NCBI RefSeq assembly: GCF_001194135.2
Contig: NC_068985.1
Location: 78,810,618-78,874,617, forward strand
Reading direction: 5' to 3'
DNA from: Octopus bimaculoides
Lineage: Eukaryota
Length of the DNA stretch: 64,000 nt
The translations under genes were made by a program, and so were the position numbers. Positions 39,110-50,795 of this stretch are shown one piece after another (the stretch's first letter is position 1; the number at the start of each line of letters is the position of its first letter). Below the pieces are notes generated by a model. The model was not told the DNA's origin. It worked only from the letters and a program-made list of their open reading frames with translations, and made no database searches.

Positions 39110-40228
39110 TACCCAGGCAGCCCTTGAGATTGCCAATACCTGTTATCAACATTAAAAACACTTTTATTTCAATACAACCTATACAGGCTTAAAATATAGA
39201 TCCAAAAGTGCCATGCTCATAAAAGTGTCTTCTAGAGTGGACTGCCCATCCCACTCTTAATTATGCTACTGAGTTCTGTCTTGGTGCTGTGCTCCCATCA
39301 AATTTGCCTTTCTTTATCTGCAAACCCCATCTTCTCCCCTTGTCATTTTAAACTTGTCTAATCCCAGTCTCTAGTGAGAGCAATCCTTAGCAATGTCCTC
39401 ACACTTTTCGACGTTCATGTTAAGTGTTATATATGTAGTGACATGTATATCACTTAATGCTAACGCACATTTTCAATCACATGGAACCTATGTTACTTCC
39501 CTCATCTCTATTTCCTCCACCCAGCCCACAAATATGGCTTCTGATCCTAGCAGAGTGATTGGGGGTCTTATATTGATATTCTCTCTTCCTAATAGAAAAA
39601 AAACAACAAATGAAAAGAAAACAAGAAATTTGAACCCCTAGCTACCATCACAACTTCTGTCCTTATCAACAGCAATAATATGGAGCAATAAAAAGTAGGC
39701 ATGGTTGTGTAGTAATGTAAGTTTGCCTAGCTACCAGATAGTCTTTGGTTCAGTCCCACTGCCTGACATTTTGGGCAAGTGTTTGTGAGTGATGTTGGTA
39801 GATATATGTCATTATGTGGAAGACTCTGTGTGTGTGTGTGTGTGTGTATGTTATATTTCTACTTAGCCAAAGCAGCATCAGCAACCAGTTGTTAATTAAG
39901 GAACAGTATTGTTAAGTTTCAGCAGTAATGTATTGTGATTTCACTGACATCTTCAGCTTCACATATAGACATTGATCTGTAAACACAATGGAATATGCTT
40001 CCAATGTGTGCATTAACTGTGGTGTGCTTAGCCATCTGTATTTAAATTATTCCTTTATTTTTTTGATAAAGAAGTAAATAGCTTAAGGTTTACATGATCC
40101 TGGGCAGAATTTGACAGCTTGTAAATGCAGGAGCAGACATCTGTCTCATACTACATTGCTGCAAGTGTATCTATTAAAATATACATCCTTTATGTCTCCA
40201 AGAGAATGTAGATCTTTCTCTTTCTGTG

Positions 40229-40265
<37 letters not shown>

Positions 40266-40362
40266 GTGCGTGTGTGTGTGTGTGTGTATACATATATATA
40301 TGTATCTTTGCTAATATTCATGTATTTGTGCATGTGTATAACTGTGAAAAGGTGTAAGTATG

Positions 40363-40716
40363 TAGGTGTGGAAAGAAGCTTGCTTCTCAATCACATGGTC
40401 CCAGGTTCAGTCTCACTGTATGGCACCTTGGGCAAATGTCTTCTACTATAGCCTTGGGCCAAGCAAAGCCTTGTTAGTAGATTTGGTAGATAGAAACTGA
40501 AAGAAGCCCATTGTATACATATATGTATATATCTATGTGTGTGTGTCTTTGTGTTTGTCCCCACCACCTATTGACAATCAGTGTCGGTGTGTTTATGAAC
40601 TTAGCAGTTCATCAAGAGAGTCTGATAGAATAAGTACCAGACTTTAAAAAACAAAGTCCTGGGGTCAATTTGTTTGATTAAAACCCTTCAAGGCGGTGCC
40701 CCAGCATGGCTGCAGT
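40363..40716 (+). mobile_element. SINE family A
   Basis: Homologous head, body and tail. Confidence 0.8.
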
Positions 40717-41079
40717 AAAAAAATTTAAAAAAATAAAAAGAAGATGTGCCTATGTGAGTATCTATATGTGTAACAATATATTTAAATGCTTTTTTTTTCA
40801 ATCAAGAAATAATGTTAGGCTCTGATGAAGTTAAAAGATGTCAAACTGACACTCATCTCTAGGTGTGCAAATTCCTTATAACCAAAACAATTGTAAGCCA
40901 ATTAATATGATTGCGTAATCTTGGCCAATCTTTTATCAACTGTTATTACATTGTACTTTTCTTTAGTTTCATATATGCATGTGCATGATCTTTCTCTTCT
41001 TCATCATCATCAATTTAACTTCCACTTTTCCATGTTTGCATGGGTCAGGAAAAAATCCATTAAGGCAGATTTCCTATGG

Positions 41080-41490
41080 CTGTCTACCAAATCCACTCAC
41101 AAGGCCTTGGTTGGCCCAAAGCTATAGTAAAGGACACTTACCCAAGGTGCCACACAGTAGGACTTAACTTATAGCCATATGGATGGGGGCTGAAGTTCTG
41201 AACCACACAGCCGAGTTCTTAACCAAACAAACAGCCATACATGCAGCACTGACACAGTTAAGAGCTTCACTCTCCCTGTCCATCATGTATACAGGCATAC
41301 ATGTGTGTGTGTGTGTGTTTCTGTCTGTTTTTGTCTTTATGTCTTGTAACTTAATGGTATGATGAGTAGAAATTGTTAAATTAAGTGCCAAACTTTTAAA
41401 TAATAGAAAGTATTAAAGCTGATATGATTGACAAAAAAAAATATCTTCAAGGTAATGCCTCTCCATGGTCACAGTCTAATGACTGAAACC
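41080..41490 (-). mobile_element. SINE family A
   Basis: Reverse-complement homology. Confidence 0.7.
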
Positions 41491-41984
41491 AGTAAAAGAG
41501 TATGGACAGCAAAAACAACAAGATAGCCTCTAAAAAGTCACTCAACTTGCTAGAAATAACAACCAAATCTTCAAATGTCAGTCATGAGAACAATGTACCT
41601 AGGATAGTCAATAGGACAGTCATGATTGAACTATTTAATCAGCATTGACCAAGAGCTAAACAACAATAATAATGGCAATATTATTAAGTTTAGCAAATGA
41701 GGAAACTGCTACACGGTTACTTGACCTTTAAAAAATAGCTGTGAAATTTCCCTCAGATTACACTCAACCATCATAGAAAAAAAAGAAAGAAAAAAAACAA
41801 AAAACAAAGGACACATTAGATAATATAGATTTATACATCCCTAAAATGTATATATATATATTTCATAGATAGAATGCCTTAGGTTTGCCGGATTAAAGGT
41901 TTACCAACTGCAACAAAAAAGTAGTAACAGTGATGACAACAACAGTGACGAGAGCAATAACATCAGTAATATTAGTTACATCAT

Positions 41985-42370
41985 CATCATCATCATTTAA
42001 CATCTGCTTTCCATGCTGACATGGGTTGGACGATATGACATAGAGCTGGGTAGTGGGGAGCTGTCCAGACTCCAACTGTGTTGTAGCATGTTTTTATGGC
42101 TGGATGTCCTTCCTAATGCCAACCACTTAACAGAGTGTGCTGGGTGTTTTCTATGTGTCACCGGCACAGGTGCATTAATGCAGCACTGGCACAAGTGTTT
42201 TCTAAGTGGCACCAGCACCTGTATGGGAGACAGCAATTTTACCTAGTGATCTTATCAAGTACAGAAAATTACCACATCTTCCAGTCCCTTGTCAGTGTCC
42301 GAAGATTCTTTCTCATCGCATTGTCCCACATCTTCCTGGGTGTACCCCTTCCACAAGTACCTCCCACAAT
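41985..42370 (-). mobile_element. RTE LINE 3' end (other tails at ~19970-20120, 23200-23410, 23640-23755, 26230-26870, 30780-30990, 34770-34900, 55560-55700, 56750-56880, 60860-61015)
   Basis: Shared ggatgcccttcc...gccaacc core with (CAT)n or (GAT)n tails. Confidence 0.75.
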
Positions 42371-42842
42371 TAGAGCTCAGCAGTGTAAAACAACAGTTGC
42401 TTGACTAGCTAATAATAGCAGCCAAATCTCTCTAAAATTACACTCTCCTGTCTTATATAAGGACAGAACATATTCAGTATTGTAGTCCTACGAACTGTTA
42501 AAAAGACAGGATGGTCACAGTTGAAATGCCTTTGACCATAAGTCTAACCCCAGGTCTGTACTGACTGAGCAACAAGAACTGCAAAAATAGAGCAACAACA
42601 ACAAAACTATATAACAGCAAAAGAATATATTGTTTGTGGCAGGGGTGGCAAAAATAATGACAATAACAATAACAGTTCCATAACTTTTTTGGTAATTATT
42701 TTGAATAATATGGTCAGAATGCTCAGTCAGATCATGTTTCTGAAAGAACTCATATCTCACTGATTAAAACAAAATTGAAGTAATTCACACACACAGCAAG
42801 CATTCTTTAACAAATATTCATTCTGCATTCTATTATTATATA

Positions 42843-43265
42843 AGGCAGTAAACTGGCAGAAACATTAGCACACCAGACAAAATGCTTAGCAGCATTTCAG
42901 CTGTCTTTTTGTTCTGAGTTCAAATTCCACCAAGGTTGACTTTGCCTTTCATCTTTTCAGGGGCGATGAAATAAGTACCTAGTTACATATTGGGGTTGAT
43001 ATAATCAACTAGCTCCTCCCACAAAATTTCAGGCTTTGTGCCTTTAATAGAAAAGATTATTATATAAGGCAGCAAACTGGACAAAATGCTTAACAGTATT
43101 TTGGCACCCTCCACAATTAAGTTCAAATTCTATTGAAGTTGGCTACCTTTTTCCCTTTTGAGGTTAATGAAATAAGTACTAGTCAAGCACTGTGGTTCAT
43201 TTAATTGACTAACACTCTCCCCCAAATTTCAGACCTTGTGCCTATGGCGGAAAGGATTATTATCA
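42843..43265 (+). mobile_element. Two tandem SINE family B copies
   Basis: Same motifs, joined through an att tail. Confidence 0.8.
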
Positions 43266-43899
43266 TTATTATTAAATCCTTATTAAACAATAAAAGAAGT
43301 CATGCAATAAATCTCTGGAGCAAATTTTTATTTTACTAGATCTTACTTAATAATGAGGGGAAAAAATGTGAGGGAAGGAGTAATTTTGCCAAATAAGGTC
43401 TTTAGAAGATTATTCACCCGGGGGTAGATAAATCAGGTTTGTTTTAGACATTTAATATATTTTTCAAACATTTGTTTAATCATAATTTAATATAACTTCC
43501 TCTAGAAAATTTGATAACAGATGCTAACAGCAAATATGGTAGCATTTGTATACACCATCAAAGAAAAACAAAGATTTTTATTAAAAAATAAAAGAGGAAA
43601 TAAAACAAAATATGATAGCAACAGAACATTGTGAACTCTTTAACAAATGAAAAACTAGAAATAGATTTAATAATATTAATAACTAAGGCAACAATGGCAG
43701 CCTCGCTGGTGCTGTAAGCCAGAATGAAGTTTTAGATGAGTCAGCTACTAGACGAAATGTGATAGAGGTATGTCTCAAAAGACTGTCGTTTTCTCAAGGA
43801 TTTTATAACAGAAAGAATAAGGAGGAGTGTGATGTACCTGCTTACTTTTTTTTTCTTTTCTAAAACAGAACCAGTTTTCATATGCTACCAAAGGAGCAG

Positions 43900-44400
43900 A
43901 TTATATAGAAATATTTGCTTGTTTTTGGAACCTAAGATAGATGAGAGACAGAATTGGTGCACCTTACACCTGCCTGCTGGCTGGTGCCTCAGCCAGAGAT
44001 ATTGGTGTGGCTGTTGACTCTTGGCTCATCATCACTTTTGTAGTACAATATAGACTGATGGGGAGCATTGAGGAAGTAGGCAATACACAAGTGGTTAGGT
44101 TGAGTCTGTGTATGCACGTTCTGGTGGCAATCAAAGGTTATATATTCCAGAGGAATAAATTGTGGGAGCATGAATCCCAGCTGCGAGAGATATGGGATTA
44201 AGAGTCTCTTGCAAGCTTTCTGTCCAGAAGAGTTGGAAGGGCAGAGGCTGATGGTAGTGGACAGACAACAACGGATGCAAGAACAGCAGTGGACCTCAGA
44301 AACTGACGTTTCTAGAGCCTTGCTCAGGACAACTCTGAGAATAGCAGAAGAAATAATCTCATCCTTGACATTAAGTAATCGCAACCTGAGAAAATAAGGT
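43900..44400 (+). pseudogene. Tc1-like transposase N-terminal relic
   Basis: Across frames: LLAGASARDIGVAV..IITFVVQYRLMGSIEE..SGR (paired-like HTH plus GRPR-like linker), and RQQRMQEQQWTSE.TDVSR (WT..W..VLFTDESRF-like). Many stops. Confidence 0.6.
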
Positions 44401-44789
44401 ATCTCTCTTCTCAGTATATAGTTAGACTCCACTACCTGTAGCAACTTTACATTGTCAAGATTATGAATAGAAAGTGAAGAAAGGAGCAAGATAATAAACA
44501 ACCAAGAACAAACATTTGAAAGAAGGTTAACAAAATGAAAAATGAATATGTTTTTCTATAAAACATGACAGAGGGCTAGTAGACCTCAACAAGAAGAATC
44601 ACCATCCAATTCTAACTTACATACAATTGATGAGTCTTTGAGTAACCAAAGAATTTTGTTAAATAACTAGAAGACGGAAATAATATGATGATAAAGGATG
44701 AAATAAGAAGTAACTGCATGAATTTTAGATCAATCCTGCTGTGTGTCATCTTGAGCTGATATCTTCTACTACAAACCAAAGTTGAGTAA

Positions 44790-47282
44790 CTCTTTTGCTA
44801 CCAACCCAGCCGCAGCTGGCTGAAAATTTTTTTGGCTCAAACGATGAATCCAACTGTAGCCAGACAAGCAAACCCATTGTCATTTGAATATGTATTTCAG
44901 CACAAATCTCATTAGTACATTCGTGAAAACACGCAATTTCACTTTGTAAATAATCGAGTTATAGTATCATACATTGTTTGATGTGACAGCTAAACTCTGT
45001 GAATTTTGGGAGATTTTTTTCCACATTTTTTCTTCGGAGATTATTTTCAACTTTTAAAATGAATAGGCGCTTTATGCTATCAAGCAATGATTCTGAATTT
45101 GAGGGCTTTTCCACAGAAGATATGGAGAAATTGAGCAAAAGTATGAGTGAACGATAAATGCACGAGGTGTATGAAAATGAATCGGATATTTCTGTATTTG
45201 AAGCTGAAAGTGGCAATAGTGACAGCGAGGATAATTTTACACTTGAATGGAGTATGAAGTTAAAAAATACTTTTATCAACTATTTTTCTGAGGAGACTGA
45301 ATCTACTCATAGTCTTTATCAGGAAGTGAAACCATTAGACTTTTTTTCTTATTTTTTCCAGTAACCTTGTTTGAAGCCATCACTGTGGAAACAGACCAAT
45401 TACACAGAATGTTAACAAACAGGAAAAAAAGATAGCTTATGGTTTCCCACAAGCGTAGAAGAAATACAGGCATTTTTTGCCATAAATATTATGGGTATAA
45501 GAGAATTACTAATTACTGGAGCAATCAGTACCTTTTGGAGATCAGTATATTTCCAGTATTATGCCAAGGATACGATTTGTGAAATTAAACCAGTATTTAC
45601 ATATGAGAAACACTTGCAGTACCCCAGTAAGTGGAGAACCAAACTTTTATCCCTTATTTAAAATAGGACCCCTCATCGACTGCATTCAAAACGCATATAA
45701 AACACTCTACAACCCTGATAGATACCTATCCGTCGATGAGGGCATAAAGGAAGGATACACTTCCAACAATATATGCCAGGAAAGCCCACAAAGTGGGGGT
45801 TCAAAGTTTGGAAAATTTGTGAAGCAAATACTGGGTACTGCTGTGGGTTTAGTTTTTATACTGGGAAAAGAGGCAATAATGTTAGTCAGCATGGCCTAGG
45901 ATATGATGTGGTCTGGAATTTATCACTTCCATACAATAACTAGGGCCATATAATATTTTTTGACCAATTTTTAATTGTCAAACTTGCAGTGGATTTAGAA
46001 GCTGTGATAATGTATACGTGTGCTACAGTAATTGCTAATAGAAAAAGGCTGCTGTTGGATATAAAAACAAGAAAATTTTAAAAAAGCGGTGAAATAATCC
46101 AATGGCAGAGATAAGAGGCAGATAAACTTTCTATCTACTGGTGCACAACCATGTGTAGATGAAGATGGCACCCCGTTTGTGAACCTTGATTATAACAGGT
46201 ACATGGGTGGTGTAGATCAGCTGAACCAAATGATGAGTTATTATCCAGTTGGTAGACTGGGTAATAAATGGTAGTGATACCTGGTTTGCTATATAGTAAA
46301 CATGAACATTGTAAATGCATTTATATTATACACCAAATGAGGAGGGGCTTGAAGCAGTGCAACCATATGCAGTTCCAAGCAGATGTGGCAACGCAGTTGA
46401 GGGTAGGTTATATCTCCAAAAATATAACTGTAGGAAGGAAAAGCAAAACCTGCCAGAGAAATATCCATCTGAGTTCAGCTGATCTCCATAAAAAAAAAAA
46501 AAAAAAATTGAGGGTTGCAAAAGGCAGTGCTGTGAATGTCTATCAACAAAGAAAAACTCCCAGTGGATGGTCAGTTGAAACTTCTTTCCACTGTGCATTC
46601 TGCAAGGTTGCAGTATGTAGAGTGGGATGTTTTACAAATTTCCATGACAGAAATATTGAGTGAATATTGTATATATTTATGATTAGATTGTATGAATATT
46701 TTTCAAATTCATCTCGTTTATACTTTTTATTTACCTGTAATTTTAATGTGCCTGTAAGGTGAGTGACAAGTTTTGATTTAATTTCTTCTATTGTAAATCT
46801 TTATTATATATGTTCTTGTGTATTCATTTATGTGTGTAAATTTATTTAGCTGATGTATTTAATTTTCTAGTTTTCTTCAAAAACAAATTCCAGTATTTCA
46901 TTTTATTTTACCTTGACCTGTTCTTATATGCATTAAATTCTACTGGTGTGCACAATTATTCTATATTCTAATTTTGTTGCCAATTGAATATTAGCCAATG
47001 ACTCATTTTCAATGGTGATGTTTAAACAAAATTTTAATATTTTTATATTTTGCTGAGTTTACCTGTATTTACTTGTAATTAGAGTCACTTTGAGACAAAA
47101 GTTAGGCAACAGAATTGATTAAGAACCTTTTCTTCAATTGTGTTCCAAAAATCACATTAATATGTTGATAAGTAAAAAAGTTACAGTTGTTTAATGAAAC
47201 TAGTCTAAATTCATGATTATTTTAGAATTTAATTGAAACTCATAAGGGGTGTATTTTGGTTAGAAATATAGTAACGAAAGGA
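44790..47282 (+). mobile_element. Full-length, decayed piggyBac DNA transposon (~2.49 kb)
   Basis: Left end (G)TAA|CTCTTTTGCTAC. Right end GTAACGAAAGGA|TTAA, whose reverse complement is TTAA|TCCTTTCGTTAC. These are short imperfect TIRs at TTAA-type target sites, enclosing transposase remnants. Confidence 0.88.
45074..46663 (+). pseudogene. piggyBac (PGBD4-like, DDE_Tnp_1_7) transposase pseudogene
   Basis: Frameshifted pieces: acidic N-terminus, MPRIRFVKLNQYLH, YNPDRYLSVDEG, QQYMPGKPTKWGFKVW..CEANTGYC, NIFFDQFF, YNRYMGGVDQLNQMMSYY, and a C-terminal Cys-rich tail ETSFHCAFCKVAVCRVGCFTNFH. Many stops and frameshifts. Confidence 0.9.
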
Positions 47283-47340
47283 TTAATGGCTTGTGAGTGA
47301 ATTTGGTAGGCTGAAATTGTGCAGAAACTCATGTATACAT

Positions 47341-47395
<55 letters not shown>

Positions 47396-47479
47396 GGCAA
47401 ATGATCTCACATCACAAGGTGTGCTTAAAGATGAGGTGTAAGGCAGAATTACATAACAGTTCTAATGCTACGTAATACA

Positions 47480-47730
47480 GATTCCATGCATTTTTGAAAT
47501 GTGTACTGCATAACTGCTTCTTCTATTCTTTCCCTACATTCACATGTGAATTGTTGGCGATTTTCTTCATCTGCCTTCCCTTCTTTAGGACTTTCCTTTA
47601 TTTCTGAAGAAGAGCTTTGCTCAAAACGTTAAGCCATCTTTCTTTCCTATCCTGAGCATCTGCTAATACATTACATGTACCATGTTCTTGCATTGTTGTT
47701 TTTTCATGTTTGTTCTTTTTTGGGATTTAC
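47480..47730 (+). mobile_element. Solo pseudo-LTR-like repeat containing a hammerhead motif
   Basis: Contains TTT-CTGAAGA-A-GAGC-TTT-GCTC-AAAA-CGTT-AAG (core at 47604-47610, palindromic AACGTT) and ends in a (TA)n tail. Confidence 0.5.
47601..47633 (+). ncRNA. Minimal hammerhead-like motif (G12 to A, consistent with CpG decay)
   Basis: Intact CTGAAGA core, 4-bp stem II GAGC/GCTC, palindromic stem III. Confidence 0.55.
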
Positions 47731-47812
<82 letters not shown>

Positions 47813-47910
47813 TATATATACATATGTGCATATGTATATATATATATATATATATAGTATATATATATACATATATGTGTGTGTATATGTATATATATAC
47901 ACATATGTGT

Positions 47911-48090
47911 ATCATCATCATCATCATCATCGTTTAACGTCCGCTTTCCATGCTAGCATGGGTTGGACGATTTGACTGAGGACTGGTGCAACCGGATGGC
48001 TACACCAGGCTCCAATCTAATTTGGCAGAGTTTCTACAGCTGGATGCCCTTCCTAACACCAACCACTCAGAGAGTGTAGTGGGTGCTTTA
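47911..48090 (-). mobile_element. RTE LINE 3' tail (young subfamily)
   Basis: Near-identical to 63793-63957. Confidence 0.85.
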
Positions 48091-48191
48091 TAAATAAATA
48101 TATATATATATAAATAAATATATATATATACATACATAAATATATATAAATATATATATATATACATAAATATATATAAATATATAAATAA

Positions 48192-48267
<76 letters not shown>

Positions 48268-48456
48268 ATAAATATGTATAAATAAATATGTATATATGTA
48301 TATATATAATGTATGTATATATTTATATATTTACTATGAAGCATTGTGTAGAGTATATTGTATAAAGGATTGTGGGTATGGCCAAAACAATGCGAAGTAA
48401 ATACAAGGTAAGTCACAAGAAAACAAATATGCGAATTAATGTAAATTTACCTTGTA

Positions 48457-48491
48457 TTCAATATTTCGGGGTTATGACCCTTTTTCAAGAA
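48457..48491 (-). ncRNA. Minimal type-I hammerhead ribozyme-like motif with U3-A8 core (left PLE arm)
   Basis: Minus strand: TTC-TTGAAAA-A-GGG-TCATAA-CCCC-GAAA-TATT-GAA. Stem I is TTC/GAA, stem II is GGG/CCC, and stem III is the palindrome AATATT. Confidence 0.6.
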
Positions 48492-48562
48492 ATTGATGAT
48501 TGCTGCTGATATGCATGTGCGGAGTGGATTTTCATGGTTTATCTTCAATGGTCTTTTTCCAC

Positions 48563-50135
48563 TTATGTATTACCTCCCTTGTCATTAATTAATGAAAATA
48601 TTTCGTCCTGTAACTCTTTTCTATTGTTGGTCTTAGGTTTCGTGCGATGTATGAGGATTGCCTCAGAGATTCTAATGTTGCCCCTGTTCCGCTGTGTTTC
48701 CTTGATTTGTACTGTGAAGTCCCGGGTGTAGCATTTCCGTAGATGTTTCTTCACGGAAGTGTCTGCCTGCATCTGTTCCTTAATGTGTACATGCAGTTTT
48801 CTTGTCGTGCATTTGCCACAGATGATTTCACATACAACATAGGGCCTGTGGCACAATTTAGGGTCACTGATGGGGCAGTTCAATAATGTGCACTCCTCAG
48901 AGTAGTGAGAGGTATTGTTCTTGGACAGAGCTTCTCTCAGGGAAGGGCCGGTATGCACTATCTGTATGTTGAGTCCTTCCCTGTGGACTGCATGTTGTAT
49001 CACTGCAGTAGTTCTGTCATCAAGGTGTGGTAGCATTAGAAAGCGCATGCCAGACTTGGGAGTATGATGGTTCTTCTGGGGTTTATTGACCTTGATGTTG
49101 TTTAGCTAAAGATGGTGGGTGGCTATTCAGGGTTAGGTCTCTGAGGAACTGTTTGGTGTTGATGGCTTTGTTGGTCATGTTGCTGCAATTGTTATTTATA
49201 CGTGCAATCTTGTTTCTCCCGAATGCGGTTTTGGCTCTGGTGAGTAAGGCTGATTGGTAGTGGATGAAAAGTTTTCTATCAGCAGCTTTCCTATAGAATT
49301 TGGTAAATATGGAGCCTTCCTCTATGATCTTGAGTTGAAAGTAGAGTAGAGAGAGGGTTTTGAATTTGTCTGGATGTTCAATCTCGAATTTGATGTTTAT
49401 GTTGGTGTTATTGAAGGTCCAGTGTATGTTAATGGCCTCATCTCTGGAGGATGTGATGATAAAGATGTCATCAGTGTACCTGGAGAAGAAGATGCATGAG
49501 TGGCAGGTGATGAGTGCTGTGTGTTCTAGCTTATACATGTACATGATGGCCAGCAAGGCTAAAAGACTAGATCCCAAAGGTAGGCCAGAATTCTGTTTGT
49601 AAATCACACCGTTATATTGGAAATAGGTGTTACCAACTATAATGGTTAGTAACTTTTGTATGTCCGAGGGTGTGAGGCCGAAGAGCTGGAAGTTGGTGGA
49701 TGGGGAGGTGAGAGAAGATGAAGGGGAAGATGGGGAGGAGGAGGTTGCAAGATAAGGATGTGATGTGGTCTATGAGGATATCAACGGCTGGGAGAGTGGG
49801 CACAGAGGTGTAGAAGAAAACTGCGTCGAAACTAAAAGGGTATTTTTTAGTTTTAAGTATGGAGGTGGCGATATCTTTGAGTCATGTGAAGATTTTGTGG
49901 GCGCTGCTGACGTGCCCAGGGAATGCATGTTGTAAGGGCTTGAGGAGTTTAGAGTGGAGCCAAGAAATCTTATAGAAAGACCGTTAATTCCTGATACTAT
50001 GGGTCTGATTTTAAGTTTAGGTCCAGGTTTGTGGGTTTTTATTAAATGGTAGAAGGGTGGCAAGGTGGTGTTTTTAGATGTGTAGTTCAGTCTAGTCTTC
50101 TTAGAGGGATTCCTTTGGTGACAGATGTTGGTCCA
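48563..50135 (-). pseudogene. PLE reverse transcriptase + GIY-YIG endonuclease pseudogene
   Basis: Track ORFs 49770-50255, 49083-49607 and 48563-49048 carry the RT motifs and CxxxxC..C...VxEIICGKC..RKLHxxIKE. Broken by frameshifts, a purine-rich insertion near 49700-49750, and deletion of the YIG motif. Confidence 0.88.
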
Positions 50136-50139
50136 GCTG

Positions 50140-50759
50140 GATACAACACACAGTCTGCAGGAAAGGACTCGACATACAGATAGTGCATACCATCCCTTCT
50201 CTGAGAAAAGCTCTGTCCAAGAACAACACCTCTCACTACTTTGAGGAGTGCACATTATTGAACTGCCTCATCAATGACCCTGAATTGTGCTAGAGGATCT
50301 ACATTGTATATGAGATCATCTGTGGCAAATGTGGTGCATCCTACATAGGAAGCACAAAAAGAAAACTGCATGTATGCATTAAGGAACACATGCAGGCAGA
50401 CACTTCCGTGAAGAAACATTTACAGAAATGCTACACCGGGGAGTTCACAGTGCATATCAAGGCAACACAGTGGAACAGGGGCAACCTTAGAATCTCTGAG
50501 GCCATCCTCATACACCAAAAGAAACCTAAGATCAACAATAGAAAAGTGTTACAGGAAGCTAACTAGATGCTATAGCAACACCTTTCCACATATGTCCACT
50601 CCACACACACACATCGGCAACAAGCATCAATTTCTTGAAAATGGGGTCATAACCCCAAAATATTGATTATAAGGTAAGTCTACATTAATTCACGTATTTG
50701 TTTTCTTGTGATTTACCTTGCATTTACTTCACATTGTTTTGGCCCTACCCACAATCCTT

Positions 50760-50763
<4 letters not shown>
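50140..50763 (+). repeat. Inverted arm (pseudo-LTR + GIY-YIG region) of the PLE
   Basis: Aligns by eye to the reverse complement of 48361-49001 (12 mismatches in the first ~128 nt). Retains VYEIICGKCGASYIGSTKRKLH. Confidence 0.9.
50632..50667 (+). ncRNA. Hammerhead-like motif with U3-A8 core (right PLE arm; G12 mutated)
   Basis: TTC-TTGAAAA-T-GGGG-TCATAA-CCCC-AAAA-TATT-GAT; GAAA has become AAAA. Confidence 0.5.

Positions 50764-50795
<32 letters not shown>

Larger units (their letters stand above)
48361..50763 (-). mobile_element. Penelope-like retroelement (PLE), 5'-truncated, with an inverted copy of its 3' region at the 5' end
   Basis: Minus-strand RT remnants PPFYHLIKTHK..KIRPIVS, YKQNSGLPLGSSL and FFSRYTDDIF are followed by a GIY-YIG region. 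Segment 50140-50763 (+) is an inverted homolog of 48361-49001. Confidence 0.9.

Noticed and set aside
43690-44400. Apparent two-exon plus-strand gene (GTATGT donor ~43768, strong acceptor ~43868) and the 170-aa minus ORF 43989-44501
   Set aside because: The frame has several stops and the sequence is better explained as a Tc1 transposase relic. The idea that RNA editing rescues the stops is unsupported, since any stop can be edited to Trp on paper. The minus ORF is antisense to the relic and has no recognisable domain.
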